64,000 bases of DNA from an uncultured Methylomirabilota bacterium (GTDB lineage: Bacteria; Methylomirabilota; Methylomirabilia; Methylomirabilales; 2-02-FULL-66-22), in contig CAWJSJ010000004.1 of NCBI GenBank assembly GCA_963845565.1, forward strand, positions 200,531-264,530. Direction: 5' to 3'. The notes under the pieces are model-generated. The model worked only from the letters and a program-made list of their open reading frames with translations. It was not told the origin of the DNA and did no database searches. Both the position numbers and the translations under genes were made by a program. This document shows positions 10,689 through 20,809 of the stretch, piece by piece; positions within the stretch are counted from its first letter, which is position 1, and every line of letters begins with the position of its first letter.

Positions 10689-11906
10689 CTACTTCACGAC
10701 CGCCTTGATCATCTTGCCGAACTCCGTCCCATCCACCAGTCCCTTCTTCTTCAGCGAGGCGGCCTTCACCCGCAGGACCAGTTCGCCCACCTGCTCCTCC
10801 GTGGCCTTCACCCGGAGGCGCTGCAGGTGGATCTTGATCGAGTCGATCCCGCTGTTCTTCCCCAGGACCACCCGCGGCGCCCGCTGACCCACCAGATTCC
10901 AGTGGATCGGGAAGACCTCCAGGATGTGCTCCGGTCCCACGTTCTTCAGCCACGACGCGATGATCCCCGACTCGACATCGTAGACGTCGTCCCCCACGAT
11001 CTGCCGGTTGGCGGGCATGGCGACCTTGGCGATCTTGCGGACGTACCGGGAGAGCTTGGTGAGCTGCTCCGTCTTGATCCCGGTGTCCACCCCGTACATG
11101 GTGAGCAGCGAGATGAGCGTGTCCTCCGTCGGGGCATTACCGGCCCGCTCCCCGATGCCACTGATGGTCGAGTGAACGACGGAGGCGCCCTCCGCCAGAG
11201 CGATGATCGTGTTGGCCACTCCCATGCCGAAGTCCATGTGGAAGTGAGTCTCCAGCGGCTTCTTGATCCGCTTCTGGGTCTCGCGCACGAAGTAGCTCAC
11301 CGCGTGGGGCGAGAGCACGCCGAAGGTGTCCACCAGGGCCATGGCATCCATGTGGCCCTCGGTGGCCACTCGCTCCATGGTGTTCAGGTACCAGCCCATC
11401 TCGGCCCGCGAGGCGTCGATGGGGAAGAAGACCACGTAGAGCCCCTGCGACTTGGCGTACCGGGTGGCCTCGATGGAGGTCTCCACCGCCTTTTCCATCG
11501 ACCACCGGTAGGCGTACTTGATGATGTGCTCGCTGGCGGGCACCTCCATCACGATGCCCTTGACCCCCGTGTCCACCGCGCGCTTCACGTCCTCCACCAT
11601 GCAGCGGGAGAAGGCGAAGATCTCCGCGGGCAGCTTGAGCTTCACGATCTCTCTGATCGCCTGGGCGTCGTATTTGGAGACCGCCGGCATCCCCGCCTCG
11701 ATGCGATGCACCCCGGCCTCGGCCAGCATCGTCGCCAGCTTGATCTTCTCCTTGGGGGTGAACTCGACGCCGGCCTGCTGCTCTCCGTCCCGGAGGCAGA
11801 CGTCGTGGAACTTGATGCGCTTCGGGAAGCGGTGAGAGGCCTTGACCTCACTCACGAAATTCCAGGGGCTGGTGAACCATTTGTCCGTCTTCCAGGGCGT
11901 CTTCAT
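10689..11906 (-). CDS. DRE-TIM metallolyase (isopropylmalate/homocitrate/Re-citrate synthase-like)
   Basis: DVCLRDGEQ, HFHMDFGMGVAN, GIGERAGN; no LeuA regulatory domain. Confidence 0.82.
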   Translation of the reverse strand: MKTPWKTDKWFTSPWNFVSEVKASHRFPKRIKFHDVCLRDGEQQAGVEFTPKEKIKLATMLAEAGVHRIEAGMPAVSKYDAQAIREIVKLKLPAEIFAFSRCMVEDVKRAVDTGVKGIVMEVPASEHIIKYAYRWSMEKAVETSIEATRYAKSQGLYVVFFPIDASRAEMGWYLNTMERVATEGHMDAMALVDTFGVLSPHAVSYFVRETQKRIKKPLETHFHMDFGMGVANTIIALAEGASVVHSTISGIGERAGNAPTEDTLISLLTMYGVDTGIKTEQLTKLSRYVRKIAKVAMPANRQIVGDDVYDVESGIIASWLKNVGPEHILEVFPIHWNLVGQRAPRVVLGKNSGIDSIKIHLQRLRVKATEEQVGELVLRVKAASLKKKGLVDGTEFGKMIKAVVK

Positions 11907-11978
11907 CGCGGCTCCTTCCATGTGATGGATGCTGTCCGATTGCCTGCACCGTTCGGCGAGAGTGCCGCCCCGTGCCGA

Positions 11979-12692
11979 TCAGTGCGCCCCCCCAAGATAG
12001 GCGTTCAATAGCTGCCCTTCATCCTTGATGGCCTTCGGTGTTCCTTGCAAGACGATGCGACCCACCGAGAGCAGGTAGGCGTAGTCGCTGACCGACAGCG
12101 CGAGATTCGCGTTCTGCTCGATCAGCAGGATCGTGGTGCCCTGGGCATTGACCTCCTGGATCCTCCGGAAGATGTCCTCGACCACGATGGGCGCCAGTCC
12201 CAGCGACGGCTCGTCCAGCATCAGGATCTTGGGCTGGATCATCAGGCCCCGACCGATGGCCAGCATCTGCTGCTCGCCGCCGCTGAGCGTGCCCGCCAGT
12301 TGTGCGCGGCGCTCCGCCAGCCGGGGGAACAACGCGAAGACGCTTTCCATCTTCTGGGCCACGGTGCGGGCGTGGAAGTTGGTGTAGGCTCCCATCTTCA
12401 GATTCTCGATCACCGTAAGGCCGGGAAACGCTTGCCGCCCCTCCGGGACGTGGGACACGCCGGCCTTCACGATCGCATCCGTCCGCATGGTATGAAGCCG
12501 GCTGCCATCGAGGATGATGGTGCCCGACAGGGGACGCAGGAGTCCGGAGATCGCCTTGAGCGTGGTGGACTTGCCCGCACCGTTCGCCCCGAGCAGGGTG
12601 ACGATCTTGCCGTCCGGAACCTCGATGCTGATCCCCTGCAGGACGGGCGCGACCCCCCCATAGGAGACGACGAGATCTTCGATCTTAAGCAC
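11979..12692 (-). CDS. livF: Branched-chain amino acid-type ABC ATP-binding protein (LivF-like)
   Basis: GANGAGKST, LSGGEQQMLAIGR, LDEPSLGLAP. Confidence 0.9.
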   Translation of the reverse strand: MLKIEDLVVSYGGVAPVLQGISIEVPDGKIVTLLGANGAGKSTTLKAISGLLRPLSGTIILDGSRLHTMRTDAIVKAGVSHVPEGRQAFPGLTVIENLKMGAYTNFHARTVAQKMESVFALFPRLAERRAQLAGTLSGGEQQMLAIGRGLMIQPKILMLDEPSLGLAPIVVEDIFRRIQEVNAQGTTILLIEQNANLALSVSDYAYLLSVGRIVLQGTPKAIKDEGQLLNAYLGGAH

Positions 12693-13455
12693 GCGACCCC
12701 CCTGTTCCGAGGTAGGCCTCGATGACCGCCTGGTCCCGCTGAATCTCGGCGAAGGTGCCCTGCGCGATCTTCTTGCCGTAGTTCAAGACGAAGACCCGAT
12801 CGCTCAATCCCTCCACGAAGGCCATCTCGTGCTCGATCAGGAGGACGGAGACGCCCGTATCGCGGATCTTGCCGACCAGCTTCATGAGCTGCGCCTTTTC
12901 GGCGCTGTTCAGCCCCGCCGCCGGTTCGTCGAGCAGGAGGAGCTTCGGTCGGGCCATCAGGGCCCGCGCGATCTCCAGGACCTTCTGGCGGCCGTACGGG
13001 AGGTTTTTCACCAGTTCGTCCCGGAACGGCCGCAGCCCCACGAAGTCGAGCATCTCGTCAATACGCGCCGCGATCGCTCCCTCCTCCGCCCGCGTCTTGG
13101 CCGTGCGGAGGAGCACATCCCACAGGCCCGACCGGGTATGGATGTGCCCGCCCAAGCGCACATTGTCGAAGACGGAGAGGGGGAAGAGCAGCCGGATATT
13201 CTGAAAGCTGCGCCCGATGCCGAGGGCACAGATCTCGTGCGGGGCACGCCCCTGGATGGGCCGCCCATCGAAGGCGATGCTCCCCCCCGTCGGCTTGTAG
13301 ATGCCGGTAATCAGATTCAAGACGGTCGTCTTGCCGGATCCGTTCGGTCCAATGAGTCCGCAGATTTCTCCGGCCGCTACGGAGAGCTCCAGCTCGTTGA
13401 CGGCCAGGATACCCCCGAAGCGCTTGGTCAGCTGAGTCGTCGTCAGGAGGCTCAC
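12685..13455 (-). CDS. livG: Branched-chain amino acid-type ABC ATP-binding protein (LivG-like)
   Basis: GPNGSGKTT, LPYGRQK, LDEPAAGLN, AYLG. Confidence 0.9.
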   Translation of the reverse strand: MSLLTTTQLTKRFGGILAVNELELSVAAGEICGLIGPNGSGKTTVLNLITGIYKPTGGSIAFDGRPIQGRAPHEICALGIGRSFQNIRLLFPLSVFDNVRLGGHIHTRSGLWDVLLRTAKTRAEEGAIAARIDEMLDFVGLRPFRDELVKNLPYGRQKVLEIARALMARPKLLLLDEPAAGLNSAEKAQLMKLVGKIRDTGVSVLLIEHEMAFVEGLSDRVFVLNYGKKIAQGTFAEIQRDQAVIEAYLGTGGSRA

Positions 13456-14423
13456 CCTTGCACCTCATCCTTGCGAGCGGTTCCCGGAAAGAGCCTACGC
13501 CGCACGCGCCGCGCCAACCGCTGGAGGTTCTCGATGTTCAGCACCTTGGTGTACCGGAGCATGAGCAGCAGGATGAGCGCATAGACGATCAAGCGGTAGC
13601 GCGTCATGAAGCGCAGAACCTCCGGCAATGAGGTCACTGCAAACGCACTCAGAATGCCCCCGGTCACGCTCCCCATGCCGCCCAGCACGACCATGAGCAG
13701 GTAGGTCGAGCTTTCGTTGAAGGTGAAGGAATCGGGATTCAGGTACCCGGCCAGATTCGCGAAGAAGACCCCCGACAGGCCGGCGAGTATGGAGGAGATC
13801 ACGAAGGCCAGCAGCTTGACGCGGCGGACATGCACCCCCATGACCTCGGCGGTCACCTCGTCCTCGCGTATCGCCTTGAAGGCCAGGCCGATATGGGATC
13901 GGCTCAGGCGCAGCGTGGCGAACGACGCCAAATAGGCCACCACCAGCATGAAGTAGTACAAGGGGAGTCCGCCGAGGATCGTCGGGATACGGTTGAGGCC
14001 GAAGGGCCCCCCCGTGAATTTCTCGTTGTTCAGAATGAGGATGCGGACGATCTCGGAAAAGGCAATGGTGCTGACCGCCAGGAAAGGGCCGGTCAATTTG
14101 AAGGAGGGAATTCCCAGCAGGAGGCCGACCAGCCCAGACACCAAGGGAGCGATTGCCAGACTGACCCAGGGGGAGACCCCGTAGTTGACGCACAGGATGC
14201 CATACGCGTATGCGCCCACCGCCACCAAACCGGACTGCCCCAAGGAGAGCTGTCCGGTGTACCCGAGCAAGATGACGAGGCTCAAGACAACCAGCCCATT
14301 TTGCATCCCCCGCTCCAGGATGTAAAACTGGTAGGCCGGGAGCCCCGTGAGGGGGATCAGGGCGAGCAGCAGAAAGATGATCTGGATCGGTCCGAGGCGC
14401 TTCAGAGCGGCCAGCTTCGACAC
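13452..14423 (-). CDS. livM: Branched-chain amino acid-type ABC permease (LivM-like)
   Basis: GYTGQLSLGQ, AIREDE, MVVLGGMGS; GTG start behind GAGGAGG. Confidence 0.88.
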   Translation of the reverse strand: MSKLAALKRLGPIQIIFLLLALIPLTGLPAYQFYILERGMQNGLVVLSLVILLGYTGQLSLGQSGLVAVGAYAYGILCVNYGVSPWVSLAIAPLVSGLVGLLLGIPSFKLTGPFLAVSTIAFSEIVRILILNNEKFTGGPFGLNRIPTILGGLPLYYFMLVVAYLASFATLRLSRSHIGLAFKAIREDEVTAEVMGVHVRRVKLLAFVISSILAGLSGVFFANLAGYLNPDSFTFNESSTYLLMVVLGGMGSVTGGILSAFAVTSLPEVLRFMTRYRLIVYALILLLMLRYTKVLNIENLQRLARRVRRRLFPGTARKDEVQG

Positions 14424-14433
14424 GGTGTCCTCC

Positions 14434-15321
14434 TCAGACCTTTTCCGAAATTTCCGCCGAGAAGATGCCGCGCGGCCGAAAGAGCAGGAACACGACCAGG
14501 ATCGCAAAGATGAAGACATCCTTGTAGGTGGGGACCGCAACGGTGGCGAACACCACCTCGGCAATGCCGACGATCACCCCCCCGACGAGCGCCCCCGCGA
14601 AACTCCCGAGGCCGCCGATGAGGACGGCCGCGAAGGCTTTCAGGGAGACCAGGCCGCCCATCTCCGGGATGAGGGGAATGATGGGAGCGATCAGGACCCC
14701 CGCAAAGGCTGCCAAGCCCGTCGCCAGCAGAAACGTCAGCGCCACGAGCTGATCGACCCGCACCCCCATCAGCGAGGCCGTCACCTGCCGCTGAGCCACC
14801 GCGCGCATGGCGATGCCGATGATGGTCTTCTTCAGGAAGAGCTGCAGGAGGGCCACCAGCACCACCACGATCACGATGTTATACGCGTAATAGGGCATGA
14901 TGATGATCCGCCCGATGTGGATCGGAGCGTCTCCGAGGGGCGGCCCGAACCGCTGGGCGTGGGGCCCCCACACGAGCAGGATCGAGTTGTGTAGTAGGAC
15001 GGTGAGCGACACGGTGCCGATCACGATGATGTCCGGATGCAACCCCTGGGAGAACATGGGGAAGAAGTAGCCCCGGCTCAGCAGGTAGCCGGCCAGCCCC
15101 ATGATCCCGACCGTGAGCGCGAAGGCGAGCGGGTACGGCAGGGCCCAATGCGCAAAGGTGGAGAGCATGACGTAGCCCCCCACGGTCATTAGGTCGCCCT
15201 GCGCGAAGTTGAAGAGCCCCGACGCGCTCCAGATCAGGGAGATCCCGAGCGCCGCGAGGGCGTAGATGAGACCCATATTCAGACCCTGGATGAGGATCTG
15301 GAGGAGGTTCTCGAATCCCAT
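14434..15321 (-). CDS. livH: Branched-chain amino acid-type ABC permease (LivH-like)
   Basis: NFAQGD, KAFAAVLIGGLGS, RPRGIF. Confidence 0.9.
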   Translation of the reverse strand: MGFENLLQILIQGLNMGLIYALAALGISLIWSASGLFNFAQGDLMTVGGYVMLSTFAHWALPYPLAFALTVGIMGLAGYLLSRGYFFPMFSQGLHPDIIVIGTVSLTVLLHNSILLVWGPHAQRFGPPLGDAPIHIGRIIIMPYYAYNIVIVVVLVALLQLFLKKTIIGIAMRAVAQRQVTASLMGVRVDQLVALTFLLATGLAAFAGVLIAPIIPLIPEMGGLVSLKAFAAVLIGGLGSFAGALVGGVIVGIAEVVFATVAVPTYKDVFIFAILVVFLLFRPRGIFSAEISEKV

Positions 15322-15382
15322 GCGATTCTCCTGCAGAGCGGGCGGGCAGTCGAAACTGCCCGCCCGCTCCGGTCCTGGGCTT

Positions 15383-16546
15383 CTACTTTTCTGCGGGATA
15401 GGTCTCGCTCATCAACAAAACCCACTTGCCGTCTTTCCAGACCTGGGTGTGCATGTGATGCACCAGGTTGCCCTCTTTGTCGGCCGTGTACTGGGCCAGC
15501 ACCCCCTTGTAGTCCAGCTTGGCAAGCGCCTCGCGGATCTTCTCGCGGTCGGTACCGACCTTCCCCACGATGTCGGCGATGATATAGATGCTGTCGTAGT
15601 GGTTGACGTGGGTCGAGGAGATGATCTGCTTGAACTTCGTCTCGTACGTCTTGATGAACTCCTGGATCTTCGGATCGGGGTCGCCGGGGGAGAGCGTGGT
15701 GGTGACCACCATCCCCTCGAAGTTCTCCTTGCCCGCCAGGTCATACACGGACGGGACGCTGGCCGCCCGCTCGCTGAAGATGGGGATGTTCTTCATGCCC
15801 AGCTCCGACCGCTGCCGGGTGATCTTGCCGACCTCGGGGGTGTAGCCGTACAGGAAGATGGCATCCGCGTTGGACTTCTTGATCTCCAGGAGCTGGGCGG
15901 AGAAGTCCTGGTCGTTGTCGTTGTAGGTCTGCACCGTCACCGGCTTCAGATTGAATTTGGTCATGGCCGGCTCGGTGGCCACCCAGTTGGCTTTCGAGTA
16001 GTCGTTGAGGCCATAGATGACCGCCGGTCGTTTGATGTTGTACTTCTCGACCGCGGTCTTGACGAGGAGCGGGATCCAGTACTGGGACGAGATCTGCATC
16101 CGGAAGGTGTAGGGGTTCCCTTGCTTGGTGGTCTCGGCGCTGGTGGCGTCGGTGATGGCGGGGATCTTGGCCTCCTTCCAGAGCTTCTCCGCGGCCAGCA
16201 CCCCTCCGCTCCGGTTCGGGCCGACGATCACCAGCGGCTCCAGGGAGATCGCCTTCTTGGTGCCCTCGATCGCCCCGGCGGAGTTGGAGGTCTCGTCCAC
16301 CTCGGTGTACTCGATCTTGAGCTGGCTGCCGTCCGGCAGCTTCACCCCGCCCTTGGCGTTGATCTCCTCGACCGCCATCTTCGCCGAGTTGAGCATGTAC
16401 ATCCCGTACGACGAGGCACCTCCCGTGGTCGGCGAGAGGTGGGCGATCTTGATGCTCTTGGGCTTGTCCTGTCCGCAACCGGTCAAGGCGAGCGCCGCGA
16501 TACAGACAACCATCGAGAGCCACAGCGACCACTTGTGCAGTTTCAC
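15383..16546 (-). CDS. ABC substrate-binding lipoprotein (LivK/LivJ-like)
   Basis: GTG start behind GGAGGA, lipobox LTGC, AVEEINAKGG, QDFSAQL. Confidence 0.88.
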   Translation of the reverse strand: MKLHKWSLWLSMVVCIAALALTGCGQDKPKSIKIAHLSPTTGGASSYGMYMLNSAKMAVEEINAKGGVKLPDGSQLKIEYTEVDETSNSAGAIEGTKKAISLEPLVIVGPNRSGGVLAAEKLWKEAKIPAITDATSAETTKQGNPYTFRMQISSQYWIPLLVKTAVEKYNIKRPAVIYGLNDYSKANWVATEPAMTKFNLKPVTVQTYNDNDQDFSAQLLEIKKSNADAIFLYGYTPEVGKITRQRSELGMKNIPIFSERAASVPSVYDLAGKENFEGMVVTTTLSPGDPDPKIQEFIKTYETKFKQIISSTHVNHYDSIYIIADIVGKVGTDREKIREALAKLDYKGVLAQYTADKEGNLVHHMHTQVWKDGKWVLLMSETYPAEK

Positions 16547-16581
16547 GTGTCGTCCTCCTGTGTCGGGTGATGGGGAAAGAG

Positions 16582-17559
16582 CTAACCGGAAAAAGCCCGT
16601 TGGTTCACCCAGAACTTTGGCCGGCCTTCGGTCAGGGCACGTGCCACCTCCTGGGCGGCCTTCCGCCGCAATTCCGGCATGGCGTCGTCCGAATACCAGG
16701 CGGTGTGCGGCGTGAGAACAACGTTGTCCATGGCGGCCAGGGCAAGCGGGAAGCTCGGAGGTTCGTCGGCCAGGACGTCCAAACCGGCCCCGGCGAGCCG
16801 ACCCTCTTGGAGTACGGTCAACAAGTCGGCTTCGTTGATCAGGGGGCCGCGCGAGGTGTTGACCAGCACGGCCGTCGGCTTCATCAGCCCGAGGGTCGTC
16901 CGATTCAGAATCCCCTGCGTCTCGGCGGTCAGCGGGGCGTGGACGGACAGGAAGTCGACCGCGCGGAGCAGCTCTTCGAGGCTCGCAGCGCGCCGGACGT
17001 GCCGGGCCGCGAAGGCCTCCGCGGCAACATACGGATCGAAGGCGATGACCTCGAGCCCGAAGGCCTGGACCCGCTTGGCCACCTGTTGAGCGATATTGCC
17101 GAAGCCGAACAGCCCATACAGCTTCCCCTGGAGGCGCGGTGCCGGCTTGGCCAGGTCGACGCTCCACTGTCCCCCTTTGACGCTCGCGTGCAAGCGTGGG
17201 ATGTGTCGCACGCAGGCGAGGAAGAGCCCGACGGTGTGATCGGCGACCTCGCCCATGCAGTAATCAGGGACGTTGGCCACCATGATTCGCCTGGCGTTCG
17301 CCGCCTCCAGATCGATCGTGTTGTACCCGATGCCCGTCCGTACGATCACGCGACACGTGGGCCAGGCGTCCAGGATCTCCTTGGTGAGCTGGACGTAGAC
17401 GTTGATCGCCGCGTCGCACCGTGCCCCCTCCCGCTTGAGCGTGTCGGGGTCGGTCGTCGGGGCCAGCACGAACTCGGCGTCGATCCGGCGCAGCTCCTCC
17501 TGCTCGATCGTCGTGTCGGGGAAGATGGTGTCGGTCATCAGGACGCGGAACGTGTTCAT
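16582..17559 (-). CDS. D-isomer-specific 2-hydroxyacid dehydrogenase (CtBP-like)
   Basis: NVPDYCMGEVADH, GFGNIA, NTSRG, LDVLADEP, TPHTAWYS. Confidence 0.9.
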   Translation of the reverse strand: MNTFRVLMTDTIFPDTTIEQEELRRIDAEFVLAPTTDPDTLKREGARCDAAINVYVQLTKEILDAWPTCRVIVRTGIGYNTIDLEAANARRIMVANVPDYCMGEVADHTVGLFLACVRHIPRLHASVKGGQWSVDLAKPAPRLQGKLYGLFGFGNIAQQVAKRVQAFGLEVIAFDPYVAAEAFAARHVRRAASLEELLRAVDFLSVHAPLTAETQGILNRTTLGLMKPTAVLVNTSRGPLINEADLLTVLQEGRLAGAGLDVLADEPPSFPLALAAMDNVVLTPHTAWYSDDAMPELRRKAAQEVARALTEGRPKFWVNQRAFSG

Positions 17560-17595
17560 CGGAACTCCTCCCTGTGGGGCCGGGGATCCTCCGCC

Positions 17596-18288
17596 TCACT
17601 TCTTGCGGGCGGTGAGGAAGGCCACGACGCTGTCGGCGGTCCGCTGGAGGTGCGCCTCGACGCGCTTCACGGCCAGTGCGGCGTTTCCCTGACGATAGGC
17701 GGCCAGGATGCTGCGATGCTCCCGATGCGCGATCTCGTAGTGCTGCAGGACGCCCAGGCGCATCCGGAGATAGCGGTCGATCAGGTTGCGCAGGTTGTTG
17801 GCGAAACGCAGGATGCGCAGGCGTCCGGACGGTCGATACAGCCGATCGTGGAATTCGCGGTTCAGCGACAGCCAGGCCACCGGATCGCGCTCCTGACTCA
17901 TGGCCTGGATCAGTTCGGTGGTGCGGGCGAGATCCTCGGCCTGAAAGGCCGGGACGGCGTGATGTGTGAGGAGTTTCTCCAGCTGGATGCGGAGCTCCCA
18001 GAGTTCCTTGACTTCGGCCGCAGAGAGCCGGCTGACCCGAGCCCCCTTGCGCCGCTCCGTCTCGACGAGCCCCTCGGCCTCCAGGAGTCGCAAGGCCTCG
18101 CGTACCACCACTTCGCTCACGCCATAGCGCCGAGCGAGGTTGCGTTGGCGGAGGTACTCCCCCTCCTCGAGGCTGCCGGACAGGATGGTCTGGCGGAGGT
18201 CATCGGTGAGCATCTCGCTGATGGACTTGTAGGAGCGGTGGAGTGGGTGCGCGGGGTGGTGAGATTCCGGCTTGACGTGTGGGGGCAT
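17596..18288 (-). CDS. GntR family regulator (FCD domain)
   Basis: wHTH with VREALRLLEAEGLV; NREFH and EHRSIL in the FCD. Confidence 0.9.
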   Translation of the reverse strand: MPPHVKPESHHPAHPLHRSYKSISEMLTDDLRQTILSGSLEEGEYLRQRNLARRYGVSEVVVREALRLLEAEGLVETERRKGARVSRLSAAEVKELWELRIQLEKLLTHHAVPAFQAEDLARTTELIQAMSQERDPVAWLSLNREFHDRLYRPSGRLRILRFANNLRNLIDRYLRMRLGVLQHYEIAHREHRSILAAYRQGNAALAVKRVEAHLQRTADSVVAFLTARKK

Positions 18289-18344
18289 TGTGCGCGTCCT
18301 GACCCGAGGCCTGGCATCGTCGGCACAGGCCGCTCACGGTGGCG

Positions 18345-18376
18345 ATTGTGTATCATGAGCGATAATCGATTGTCAA
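18345..18376 (-). promoter_or_regulatory. Sigma70-like promoter with overlapping palindromic operator (candidate GntR site)
   Basis: Minus-strand TTGACA (18371-18376) overlaps near-palindrome GATAATCGATTGTC (18361-18374); -10 weak. Confidence 0.45.
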
Positions 18377-18589
18377 TTACCAATATCGGAAAACGAACCG
18401 GGACACCTCCCGGCGCAACCCCTCTCGGTGCGCTGGAAGGCGTCTCCTCTCCGTCGGAACCCGGCATGATCATGCCGGGCATCCGTCGTCTGCCTGGCAT
18501 GCGCACACCTTGACACCTTACACGCACCGCAGTACCTTGCCCCATCCTCCGATCGAGGCTGATTCGACGAACCGAGCGAGGGCCAGACG

Positions 18590-19198
18590 ATGCGATTCGA
18601 GCCGACCGCGCTGCCGGACGTGGTGGTCATCACGCCGGACGTCCACCGCGATCCTCGCGGATTCTTCCTGGAGACCTACCACCAAGGGAAGTACCGGGCG
18701 GGGGGGATCGGGGTGACGTTCGTGCAGGACAACCTCTCCCGGTCCGCGCGCGGCACGCTGCGCGGGCTGCACGCGCAGCGGCGTCGGCCTCAGGGGAAGC
18801 TGATCCGTGTGGTGGAGGGGGAGATCTTCGACGTGGCCGTGGACATCCGGCGCGGGTCGCCGAGCTTCGCCGGTTGGGTCGGGGTGCGCCTGTCGGGCGA
18901 GACCTTCCGGCAGGTGTACGTGCCGCCGGGATTCGCCCATGGCTTCTGCGTGCTGAGCGAGACGGCGGTGGTCGAATACAAGTGCACCGAACTCTACGAT
19001 CCCGCCGACGAGATCGGCGTGATCTGGAACGATCCGGACATCGGTATCCAGTGGCCGATCAGCGACCCGACGCTGTCGGCCAAAGACGGGGCAGCACCCC
19101 GGCTACGGGAGGTGCTGGAGGCGTTGCCTGATTGCGATGCGACGCCGGGTCGGGGAACGACGAACGAGCCGCCGCGCCTCAGGCGAGATGTTCAATGA
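18590..19198 (+). CDS. rfbC: dTDP-4-dehydrorhamnose 3,5-epimerase
   Basis: [37 protein letters not shown]. Confidence 0.95.
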   Translation: MRFEPTALPDVVVITPDVHRDPRGFFLETYHQGKYRAGGIGVTFVQDNLSRSARGTLRGLHAQRRRPQGKLIRVVEGEIFDVAVDIRRGSPSFAGWVGVRLSGETFRQVYVPPGFAHGFCVLSETAVVEYKCTELYDPADEIGVIWNDPDIGIQWPISDPTLSAKDGAAPRLREVLEALPDCDATPGRGTTNEPPRLRRDVQ

Positions 19199-20309
19199 GG
19201 ACCTTCAGGGCGATCCCGATCAGGATCAAACCGCCGGCGATCTCGATGCGATGCTGACCGATCCGCCGGAGTCGCTCGCTCGCCCCCGTCCGCGTCAGCA
19301 GGGGTGCGCAGACGATCACCGCGACAGCCGAGAACAGCACGACGACCGGAACGATGGCCAGCGCCCACTGGAATCTGACCAGGAACGCCTGGGCGCTGGT
19401 GAGCGCGGCGATGATCAGGACCGCATAGACCAACCGGGGGTCCAAACGTGCGTCGGCGTGGCCCGGCCGCACCACGCCGTGGATCATCTTCCAGCCGATC
19501 CCGCCAAGCAGCACGAACGCAATCCAGTGGTCGAATGCCGCCAGGGGCTTGGCCAACCCCAGGCTGGCCACCCAGGCGACCGCGAGAAGGAGGACGAACA
19601 GCGATTGCGGCACGCGAGCGGCACCGCCGACGGCGGGACGTTCCGGCGCCGCGCTGCGGCGGCGCCGGACGAAGAGATAGTGGGCCGCACCCAGGGTGGC
19701 CACCACCAACCCGAACAGGACGACCGATCGGACGGCCAACGGCAGCATCGTCGCCAAGACGGCGGAGGCACCCGCGAAGCCGAAGAAGATGAAGACGCCG
19801 GCCGACACGAGGCGAATCAGTGTGTCCGGCATCCGCTTGCCGAGGACGATGCCGATGCCGATGCCGATACTGTCCGCGACCACCATTCCGGCGGTCGTGC
19901 CCAGGAGGACGGCGATCGGATCGGTGTACTTGACCGCCAAGCTGATGGTGGCGAGCTGGGTTTTGTCGCCGAGCTCGGCCAGGAAGAACGCGATGGCGAC
20001 GGTGAGAAACGGGCCAAAGCTGGAGCGCTGCTGGTCCTCGCCTTCCAGTGTGTCGCCCCGGATGGTCCAGAGTCCAAAGAGGATGAAGGACAGGGCCGCC
20101 GTCAGCGAGATGACGTCCAGCGGAATGACGTTGGTGAGCAGGCGCCCGGCCGCGACCGCCAGGGCGTGGTTCAGGAGGGTGGCCACGAATACCGCCGACA
20201 GCACGGTCCGTGCCGGGAATCGCGTGGCAAAGGCCATCGCCAAGAGCTGGGTCTTATCGCCCATCTCGGCCAGGGTGACGAACAAGAGGGATGCGATAAA
20301 CGCCGGCAT
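19179..20309 (-). CDS. UPF0016/TMEM165 (GDT1) cation exporter fused to a C-terminal MntP-like domain
   Basis: Two ExGDKTQL motifs in the N-half; [18 protein letters not shown] and [20 protein letters not shown] in the C-half. Confidence 0.8.
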   Translation of the reverse strand: MPAFIASLLFVTLAEMGDKTQLLAMAFATRFPARTVLSAVFVATLLNHALAVAAGRLLTNVIPLDVISLTAALSFILFGLWTIRGDTLEGEDQQRSSFGPFLTVAIAFFLAELGDKTQLATISLAVKYTDPIAVLLGTTAGMVVADSIGIGIGIVLGKRMPDTLIRLVSAGVFIFFGFAGASAVLATMLPLAVRSVVLFGLVVATLGAAHYLFVRRRRSAAPERPAVGGAARVPQSLFVLLLAVAWVASLGLAKPLAAFDHWIAFVLLGGIGWKMIHGVVRPGHADARLDPRLVYAVLIIAALTSAQAFLVRFQWALAIVPVVVLFSAVAVIVCAPLLTRTGASERLRRIGQHRIEIAGGLILIGIALKVLIEHLA

Positions 20310-20809
20310 GTCGGACTGCTCCTCCGCGTGTGATGGCGTATGGAACGATCAGCGGGTGGCGGTAAGTGTGGCAGTGGACAGGTCAGGAATGGCTGGCCAG
20401 GGCTTCCCCGTGCGGCCGTCGGCGCGCGCGCCGTCCCGAGCGCTGAATACTCCCGCAGATACGTTACCACGCGGCGAGATCGTGGGCTAGACATCGCCCT
20501 CGAAGGTCTGGCGAGCCGAACGTTATGAGACACGACATGATCCGTGTCGGACCCGACGAACCTTGACACCTGTCCCGTCTCCACAGTAACTTTAACCGGC
20601 CGCGGACAGGATCGTCACGCGAGTCCGTGTGTCCGAGGTTGGGGGTGCCGTGGAGGGAGGAGGCTGCCCGCTGGAGGGGCTCGGTGGTCACGGGGCGGCG
20701 AAACATCGGCACGACCGGCGGCGTATAGAGTGGGAGAAGGCTGCAACAAGTCAGGGGCGCGGCGGCGAGGCCGATCTCGGCGCCGCATTCTTGCGTGAAA
20801 GGAGCCACC

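Noticed and set aside
20310..20570. yybP-ykoY (Mn) riboswitch upstream of the UPF0016-MntP gene
   Set aside because: The minus strand has fragments (AAGG...TCATAAC...CAGACCTT and a separate GGGAGTA), but not in the canonical order; needs a cmscan to call
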